The notes under the pieces: model-generated
Databases searched by the model: none
Seen by the model: only the letters and a program-made list of their open reading frames with translations
What the model was told of the DNA's origin: nothing
Made by a program: the position numbers and the translations under genes
Origin: Eledone cirrhosa
Taxonomy: Eukaryota
Length of the DNA: 64,000 nt
Assembly: GCA_964016885.1 (NCBI GenBank)
Contig: OZ024741.1
Span: forward strand, 413,168,001-413,232,000
Direction of reading: 5' to 3'
Part shown: piece by piece, positions 53,201 through 64,000 of the stretch
How the letters are laid out: the number at the start of each line of letters is the position of its first letter
Position numbering within the stretch: the first letter of the stretch is position 1

Positions 53201-56200
53201 ACTATCACAGTTAGTATCTAGGGTACTACACTACACTATCAATTTGTATCTAGGGCACTACACTATCACAGTCAGTATCTAGTGCACTACACTACACTAC
53301 ACTATCTGTTAAGTATCTAGGGCACTATACTACACTATCAGTTAGTATCTAGGTCACTCCACTACACTATCCCAGTTAGTATCTAGGGCACTATATTACA
53401 CTATCAGTTAGTATCTAGGACACTACACTATAATACACTATCACAGTTAGTATCTAGGGCACTATACAACACTATCACAGTTAGTATCTAGAGCACAACA
53501 CTACACTATCAATTATTATCTAGGGCACTACACTACACTACACTATCACAGTTAGTATCTAGGGCACTACACTACACTACACTATCAGTTAGTATCTAGG
53601 GCACTACACTACACTCCATCAGTTAGTATCTAGGGCACTACACTACACTACACTATCACAGTTAGTATCTAGTGCACTACACTACACTCCATCAGTTAGT
53701 ATCTAGGGCACTACACTACACTACACTACCACAGTTAGTATCTAGGGCACTACACTACACTATCAGTTAGTATCTAGGGCACTACACTACACTCTCAGTT
53801 AGTATCTAGGGCACTATACTACACTATCACAGTTAGTATCTAGATGACTACACTACACTATCAATTAGTATCTAGGGTACTACACTACACTATCAGTTAG
53901 TATCTAGGGCACTATACTACACTACACTATCAGTTAGTATCTAGGGCACTACACTACACTATCAGATAATATCTAGGGCACTACACTACACTATCACAAT
54001 TAGTATCTATGTCACTATACTATCAGTTAGTATCTAGGGCACTACACTACACTATCAGTTAGTATCTAGTGCACTACACTACACTACACTATCAGTAAGT
54101 ATCTAGGGCACTATACTACACTACACTATCAGTTAGTATCTAGGGCACCACACTACACTATCAGTTAGTATCTAGGGCACTACACTACACTACACTATCA
54201 GTTAGAATCTACGGCACTACACTACACTATCAGATAATATCTAGGGCACTACACTACACTATCACAATTAGTATCTATGTTAATATACTATCAGTTAGTA
54301 TCTAGGGCACTACACTACACTATCAGTTAGTATCTAGGGCACTACACTACACTATCACAGTTAGTATCTAGGGCACTACACTACACTACACTATCAGTTA
54401 GTATATAGGGCACTACACTACACTACACTATCAGTTAGTATCTAGGGCAGTACACTACACTATCACAGTTAGTATCTATGTCACTACACTACACTACACT
54501 ATCAATTAGCATATAGGGCACTACACTACACTATCAGTTAGTATCTACGGCACTACACTAGACTATCAGTTAGTATCTAGGGCACTATACTACACTACAC
54601 TATACCATCACAGTTAATATCTAGGGCACTACACTACACTATCAATTAGTATATAGGGCACTACAATACACTATCAGTTAGTATCTACAGCACTACACTA
54701 CACTATCAGTTAGTATCTATGGCACTACACTACACTAGACTATCAGTTAGTATCTAGGGCACTATACTACACTATACTATACTATCACAATTAGTATCTA
54801 GGGCACTACACTACACTACACTACACTACACTATCACAGTTAGTATCTAGGGTACTACACTATATTACTCTATCACAGTTAGTATCTAGCTCACTGCACT
54901 ATGCTATCAGTTAGTATCTAGGGAACTACACTACACAGGGCACTACATTACACTGCACTATCGGATAGGATCTAGGTCACTACACTACACAATCAGTTAG
55001 TATCTAGGGAACTATACTATCAGTTAGTATCTAGGTCACTACACAACACTACACTAACAGTTAGTATCTAGGTCACTACACAACACTACACTAACAGTTA
55101 GTATCTAGGGCACTATACTACAATACACTACACTATCAGTTAGTATCTACGGCACTACACTATACTATCACAGTTAGTATCTCGGGCACTATACTATCAT
55201 TTAGTATCTAGTGCACTACACTACACTCCACTATCAGTTAGTATCTAGGGCACTATACTACACTACACTACACTATCAGTTAGTATCTATCACACTACAC
55301 TATACTATCACAGTTAGTATCTAGGGCACTATAGTATCAGTTAGTATCTAGGGCACTACACTACACTATCAGTTAATATCTAGGGCACTACACTACACTA
55401 CACTATAAGTTAGTATCTAGGGCACTACACTACACTATCACAGTTAGTATCTAGAGCACTACACTACACTATCAATTAGTATCTAGGGCACTACACTACA
55501 CTACACTATCAGTTAGTGTCTAGGGCACTACACTATCACAGTTAGTATCTAGTGCACTACACTACACTACCCTATCAGTTAGTATCTAGGGCACTATACT
55601 ACACTATCAGTTAGTATCTAGGGCACTATACTACACTATCCCAGTTAGTATATAGGGCACTATACTACACTATACTATCAGTTAGTATCTCGGGCACTAC
55701 ACTACACTATCAGTTAGTATCTAGGGCACTACACTATCAGATAGAATCTAGGGCACTACACTATTAGTTAGTATCTAGGGCACTATACTACACTACACTA
55801 TCAGTTAGTATCTAGGGCACTACACTACACTATCCGTTAGTATCTAGGGCACTACACCACACTATCAGTTATTATCTACGGCACTACACTACACTATCAG
55901 TTAGTATCTAGGGCACTACACTACACTACACTATCAGTTAGTATCTAGGGCACTACACTACACTATCCGTTAGTATCTAGTACACTACACTATCAGTTAA
56001 AATCTAGGGCACTACACTACACTACACTACGCTATCACAGTTAGTATCTAGGGCACTATACTACACTATCACAGTTAGTATCTAGGGCACTACACTACAC
56101 TATCAGTTAGTATCTAGGGCACTACACTATCAGTTAGTATCTAGGGCACTACACTCCACTATCAGTTAGTATCTAGGGCACTACACTACACTACACTATC

Positions 56201-59200
56201 AGTTAGTATCTAGGGCACTACACTATACTACACTATCACAGTTAGTATCTAGGGCACTACACTACACTACACTATCACAGTGAGTATCTAGGGCACTACA
56301 CTAAACTAAACTATCAGTTAGTATGTAGGGGACTACACTACACTACACTATCAGTTAGTATCTAGGGCACTACACTACACTATCAGTTAGTATCTAGGGC
56401 ACTACACCACACTACACTATCAGTTAGTATCTAGGGCACTACACTACACTACATTATCACATTTAGTATCTAGGGCACTATACTAGACTATCACAGTTAG
56501 TATCTAGGGCACTACACTACACTATCAGTTAGTATCTAGGGCACTACACTATCAGTTAGTATCTAGGGCACTACACTACACTATCAGTTAGTATCTAGGG
56601 CACTACACCACACTACACTGTCAGTTAGTATCTAGGGCACTACACTACACTACATTATCACATTTAGTATCTAGGGCACTATACTAGACTATCACAGTTA
56701 GTATCTAGGGCACTACACTACACTATCAATTTGTATCTATGGTACTACACTATCACAGTTAGTATCTACGGCACTACACTACGTTATATGTCAGTATCTA
56801 GGGCACTACACTACACTATCAGGAAGTATCTAGGGAACTAAACTACACTATCAGTTAGTATCTAGGGCACTACACTACACTATCAGTTAGTATCTAGAGC
56901 ACTACACTACACTATCAATTAGTATCTAGGGCATTACACTATCACAGTTAGTATCTAGTGCACTACACTACACTACACTATTAGTTAGTATCTAGAGCAC
57001 TATACTACACTATCAGTTAGTATCTAGGGCACTACACTGCACTATCCCAGTTAGTATGTAGCGCACTATACTACACTATCAGTTAGTATCTAGGGCACTA
57101 CACTATACTACACTATCACAGTTAGTATCTAGGGCACTACACGACGCTACACTATCAGTTAGTATCTAGGGCACTACACTACACTATCACAGTTAGTATC
57201 TAGGGCACTATAGTATCAGTTAGTATCTAGGGCACTACACTACACTATCAGTTAATATCTAGGGCACTACACTACACTACACTATAAGTTAGTATCTAGG
57301 GCACTACACTACACTATCACAGTTAGTATCTAGAGCACTACACTACACTATCAATTAGTATCTAAGGCACTACACTACACTACACTATCAGTTAGTGTCT
57401 AGGGCACTACACTATCACAGTTAGTATCTAGTGCACTACACTACACTACACTATCAGTTAGTATCTAGGGCACTATACTACACTATCAGTTAGTATCTAG
57501 GGCACTACACTACACTATCCCAGTTAGTATATAGGGCACTATACTACACTATACTATCAGTTAGTATCTCGGGCACTACACTACACTATCAGTTAGTATC
57601 TAGGGCACTACACTATCAGATAGAATCTAGGGCACTACACTATTAGTTAGTATCTAGGGCACTATACTACACTACACTATCAGTTAGTATATCGGGCACT
57701 ACACTACACTATCCGTTAGTATCTAGGGCACTACACCACACTATCAGTTATTATCTACGGCACTACACTACACTATCAGTTAGTATCTAGGGCACTACAC
57801 TACACTACACTATCAGTTAGTATCTAGGGCACTACACTACACTATCCGTTAGTATCTAGTACACTACACTATCAGTTAAAATCTAGGGCACTACACTACA
57901 CTACACTACGCTATCACAGTTAGTATCTAGGGCACTACACTACACTATCAGTTAGTATCTAGGGCACTACACTATCAGTTAGTATCTAGGGCACTACACT
58001 CCACTATCAGTTAGTATCTAGGGCACTACACTACACTACACTATCAGTTAGTATCTAGGGCACTACACTACACTATCAGTTAGTATCTAGGGCACTACAC
58101 TATCAGTTAGTATCTAGGGCACTACACTACACTATCAGTTAGTATCTAGGGCACTACACCACACTACACTATCAGTTAGTATCTAGGGCACTACACTACA
58201 CTACATTATCACATTTAGTATCTAGGGCACTATACTAGACTATCACAGTTAGTATCTAGGGCACTACACTACACTATCAGTTAGTATCTAGGGCACTACA
58301 CCACACTACACTATCAGTTAGTATCTAGGGCACTACACTACACTACATTATCACATTTAGTATCTAGGGCACTATACTAGACTATCACAGTTAGTATCTA
58401 GGGCACTACATTACACTATCAATTTGTATCTATGGTACTACACTATCACAGTTAATATCTACGGCACTACACTACGTTATATGTCAGTATCTAGGGCACT
58501 ACACTACACTATCAGAAAGTATCTAGGGAACTACACTACACTATCAGTTAGTATCTAGGGCACTACACTACACTATCAGTTAGTATCTAGAGCACTACAC
58601 TACACTATCAATTAGTATCTAGGGCATTACACTATCACAGTTAGTATCTAGTGCACTACACTACACTACACTATTAGTTAGTATCTAGAGCACTATACTA
58701 CACTATCAGTTAGTATCTAGGGCACTACACTGCACTATCCCAGTTAGTATGTAGCGCACTATACTACACTATCAGTTAGTATCTAGGGCACTACACTATA
58801 CTACACTATCACAGTTAGTATCTAGGGCACTACACGACGCTACACTATCAGTTAGTATCTAGGGCACTACACTACACTATCACAGTTAGTATCTAGTGCA
58901 CTACACTACACTCCACTATCAGTTAGTATGTAGGGCACTACACTACATTACACTACCACAGTTAGTATCTAGGGCACTACACTGCATTACACTATCAATT
59001 AGTATCTAGGGTACTACACTATCAGTTAGTATCTAGGGTATTATACTACACTACACTATCAGTTAGTATCTAGGGCACTACACTACACTACACTCTCAGT
59101 TAGTATCTAGGGCACTACACTACACTACACTATCACAGTTAGTATCTAGGGCACTACACTACACTATCACAGTTAGTATCTAGGGCACTACACTACACTA

Positions 59201-62200
59201 TCAGTTAGTATCTAGGGCACTACACTACACTATCAGTTAGTACCTAGGGCACTACACTACACTATCAGTTAGTATCTAGGGCACTACACTACACTACACT
59301 ATCAGTTAGTATCTAGGGCACTACACTACACTATCAGTTAGTATCTAGGGCACTACACTACACTACACTATCAGTTAGTATATAGGGCACTACACTACAC
59401 TATCAGTTAGTATCTAGTGCACTACACTACACTACATTATCACATTTAGTATCTAGGGCACTATACTAGACTATCACAGTTAGTATCTAGTGTAGTACAC
59501 TACACTATCAAGTTGTATCTAGGGCACTACACTATCACAGTTAGTATCTACGGCACTACACTACGTTATAAGTCAGTATCTAGGGAAACTACACTAAACT
59601 CTCTGGAAGTATCTAGGGCACTACACTACACTACACTATCAGTTAGTATCTAGGGCACTACACTACACTATCAGTTAGTATCTAGGGCACTACACTACAC
59701 TATCACAGTTAGTATCTAGAGCACCACACTACACTATCAATTAGTATCTAGGGCACTACACTACACTGCACTATCAGTTATTATCTAGGGCACTACACTA
59801 TCAATTAGTATCTAGGGCACTACACTACACTATCACAGTTAGTATCTAGAGCACTACACTACACTATCAATTAGTATCTAGGGCACTACACTGCATTGCA
59901 CTATCAGTTAGTATCTAGGGCACTACACTATCACAGTTAGTATCTAGTGCACTACACTACACTAAACTATCAGTTAGTATCTAGGGCACTATACTACACT
60001 ATCAGTTATTATCTAGGGCACTACACTACACTATCCAAGTTAGTATCTAGGGCACTATACTACACTATCAGTTAGTATCTAGGGCACTAAACTATACTAC
60101 ACTATCACAGTTAGTATCTAGGGCACTACACTACACTATCAGTTAGTATCTAGGGCACTAAACTATACTACACTATCACAGTTAGTATCTAGGGCACTAC
60201 ACTACACTATCAGTTAGTATCTAGGGCACTATACTACACTATCACAGTTAGTATCTAGAGCACTACACTACACTATCAATTAGTATCTAGGGCATTACAC
60301 TACACTACACTATCACAGTTAGTATCTAGGCCACTACACTACACTACACTATCAGTTAGTATCTAGGGCACTACACTACACTACACTACATTACCACAGT
60401 TAGTATCTAGGGCACTACACTACACTACACTATCAATAGTATCTAGGGTACTACACTATCAGTTAGTATCTAGGGCATTATACTACACTACACTATCAGT
60501 TAGTATCTAGGGCACTACACTACACTATCAGTTAGTATCTAGGGCACTACACTACACTATCAGTTAGTATCTAGGGCACTACACTACACTACACTATCAG
60601 TTAGTATCTAGTGCACTACACTACACTACACTATCAGTTAGTATCTAGGGCACTACACTATCACAGTTAGTATCTAGTGCACTACACTACACTACACTAT
60701 CAGTTAGTATCTAGGGCACTATACTACACTATCAGTTAGTATCTAGGGCACTATACTACACTATCAGTTAGTATCTAGGGCACTACACTACACTATCCCA
60801 GTTAGTATGTAGCGCACTATACTACACTATCAGTTAATATGTAGGGCACTACACTATACTACACTATCACAGTTAGTATCTAGAGCACTACACTACACTA
60901 TCAATTAGTATCTAGGGCAATACACTACACAAACACTATCACAGTATCTAGGGCACTACACTACGCTACACTATCAGTTAGTATCTAGGGCACTACACTA
61001 CACTATCACAGTTAGTATCTAGTGCACTACACTACACTCCACTATCGGTTAGTATCTAGGGCACTACACTACACTACACTACCACAGTTAGTATCTAGGG
61101 CACTACACTACACTACACTATCAATTAGTATCTAGGGTACTACACTATCAGTTAGTATCTAGGGCATTATACTACACTACACTATCAGTTAGTATCTAGG
61201 GCACTACACTACACTACACTCTCAGTTAGTATCTAGGGCACTACACTACACTATCACAGTTAGTATCTAGGGCACTACACTACACTATCACAGTTAGTAT
61301 CTAGGGCACTACACTACACTATCAGTTAGTATCTAGGGCACTACACTACACTATCAGTTAGTACCTAGGGCACTACACTACACTATCAGTTAGTATCTAG
61401 GGCACTACACTACACTACACTATCAGTTAGTATCTAGGGCACTACACTACACTATCAGTTAGTATCTAGGGCACTACACTACACTACACTATCAGTTAGT
61501 ATATAGGGCACTACACTATCAGTTAGTATCTAGTGCACTACACTACACTACATTATCACATTTAGTATCTAGGGCACTATACTAGACTATCACAGTTAGT
61601 ATCTAGTGTAGTACACTACACTATCAAGTTGTATCTAAGGCACTACACTATCACAGTTAGTATCTACGGCACTACACTACGTTATAAGTCAGTATCTAGG
61701 GAAACTACACTAAACTCTCTGGAAGTATCTAGGGCACTACACTACACTACACTATCAGTTAGTATCTAGGGCACTACACTACACTATCAGTTAGTATCTA
61801 GGGCACTACACTACACTATCACAGTTAGTATCTAGAGCACCACACTACACTATCAATTAGTATCTAGGGCACTACACTACACTGCACTATCAGTTAGTAT
61901 CTAGGGCACTACACTATCAATTAGTATCTAGGGCACTACACTACACTATCACAGTTAGTATCTAGAGCACTACACTACACTATCAATTAGTATCTAGGGC
62001 ACTACACTACATTGCACTATCAGTTAGTATCTAGGGCACTACACTATCACAGTTAGTATCTAGTGCACTACACTACACTAAACTATCAGTTAGTATCTAG
62101 GGCACTATACTACACTATCAGTTATTATCTAGGGCACTACACTACACTATCCAAGTTAGTATCTAGGGCACTATACTACACTATCAGTTAGTATCTAGGG

Positions 62201-64000
62201 CACTAAACTATACTACACTATCACAGTTAGTATCTAGGGCACTACACTACACTATCAGTTAGTATCTAGGGCACTAAACTATACTACACTATCACAGTTA
62301 GTATCTAGGGCACTACACTACACTATCAGTTAGTATCTAGGGCACTATACTACACTATCACAGTTAGTATCTAGAGCACTACACTACACTATCAATTAGT
62401 ATCTAGGGCATTACACTACACTACACTATCACAGTTAGTATCTAGGGCACTACACTACACTACACTATCAGTTAGTATCTAGGGCACTACACTACACTAC
62501 ACTACATTACCACAGTTAGTATCTAGGGCACTACACTACACTACACTATCAATAGTATCTAGCGTACTACACTATCAGTTAGTATCTAGGGCATTGTACT
62601 ACACTACACTATCAGTTAGTATCTAGGGCACTACACTACACTATCAGTTAGTATCTAGGGCACTACACTACACTATCAGTTAGTATCTAGGGCACTACAC
62701 TACACTACACTATCAGTTAGTATCTAGTGCACTACACTACACTACACTATCAGTTAGTATCTAGGGCACTATACTACACTATCACAGTTAGTATCTAGGG
62801 GACTACACTACACTATCAGTTAGTATATAGGGCACTACCATACACTACACTATCAGTTAGTATCTAGGGCACTACACTATCACAGTTAGTATCTATGTCA
62901 CTACACTACACTACACTACACTACTCTATCAGTTAGTATATAGGGCACTACACTACACTATCAGTTAGTATCTACGGCACTACACTACACTATCAGTTAG
63001 TATATAGGGCACTACACTACACTATCAGTTAGTATCTACGGCACTACACTACACTAGACTATCAGTTAGTATCTAGGGCACTACACTACACTACACTATC
63101 ACAGTTAGTATCTAGGGAACTACACTACACAGGGCACTACACTACACTGCACTATCAGTTAGGATCTAGGGCACTATACTACACTATCACAGTTACTATC
63201 TAGTGTACTACACTACACTTTCAGTTAGTATCTAGGGCACTATACTACACTATCAGTTAGTATCTAGGGCACTATATTACACTACACTATACAATCAGTT
63301 AGGTCTAGGTTACTACACTACACTACACAATCAGCGAGTATCTAGGGCACTATACTACACTACACTATCAATTAGTATCTAGGGTACTTCACTACACTAT
63401 CAGTTAGTATCTAGGGCACTACACTACTCTATCAGTATCTAGGGCACTACACTACACTATCAGTTAGTATCTAGGGCACTACACTACACTACACTATCAG
63501 TTAGTATCTAGGGCACTACACTACACTACACTATCACAGTTAGTATCTAGGGCACTACACTACACTATCACTATCAGCTAGTATCTAGGGCACTACACTA
63601 TCAGTTAGTATCTAGGGCACTACACTACACTATCAGTTAGTATTTAACGCACTACACTATACTATGACAGTTAGTATCTAGGGCACTATACTACACTACA
63701 CTATCACAGTTAGTATCTAGGGCACTACACTACACTACACTCACACAGTTAGTATCTAGAGCACTACACTACACTATCAGTTAGCGTCTAGTGGACTACA
63801 CTACACTACACTATCAGTTAGTGTCTAGTGCACTACACTACACTACACTATCAATTAGTATCTATGGCACTACACTATCAGTTAGTATCTATGGCACTAC
63901 ACTATCAGTTAGTATCTAGGCCACTATACTACACTATCACAGTTACTATCTAGGGTACTACACTACACTTTCAGTTAGTATCTAGGGCACTATACTACAC
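35250..64000. repeat. Large satellite CAGTTAGTATCTAGGG(CACTA)2-5 T(CA), unit ~27-45 bp, runs off window end
   Basis: About 28.7 kb continuous, single orientation, no ORFs of 60 aa or more. Confidence 0.99.

Noticed and set aside
35250-64000. CACTA (En/Spm) transposon termini or a CRISPR array
   Set aside because: CACTA is only a tandem pentamer in one orientation; there are no TIR pairs, transposase or unique spacers.

Overview
This is eukaryotic, gene-poor, repeat-dominated DNA. The SINE types, (TA)n density and RTE/Penelope content suggest an invertebrate, probably a cephalopod (inference). No host protein-coding gene is supported, and most ORFs in the track are translations of microsatellites. 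Bases 35.2-64 kb are one (CACTA)n-containing satellite with kb-scale higher-order repeats. The first 35 kb hold minisatellites, tRNA-derived SINEs, an RTE LINE fragment, a decayed DD37D (maT) Tc1/mariner, and two kinds of Penelope-like element (PLE): a young RT+GIY-YIG copy present as a 4.4-kb inverted pair, and a separate endonuclease C-terminal fragment. The main finding is that the short non-coding islands inside the (TA)n tracts belong to about nine unrelated families (including the two PLE UTRs), each carrying a type I hammerhead ribozyme (HHR) motif. Two families use the U3-A8 core (TTGATAA). Several have non-canonical 10.1-11.1 pairs and self-complementary stem III. Compensatory changes are visible between copies. 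Three families occur as ORF-less head-to-tail monomers of about 320, 435 and 558 nt (retrozyme-like). Most insertions share one architecture: (TA)n - inverted arm - direct arm - extra tail - (TA)n. All structures were read by eye; no folding, alignment or database search was run.
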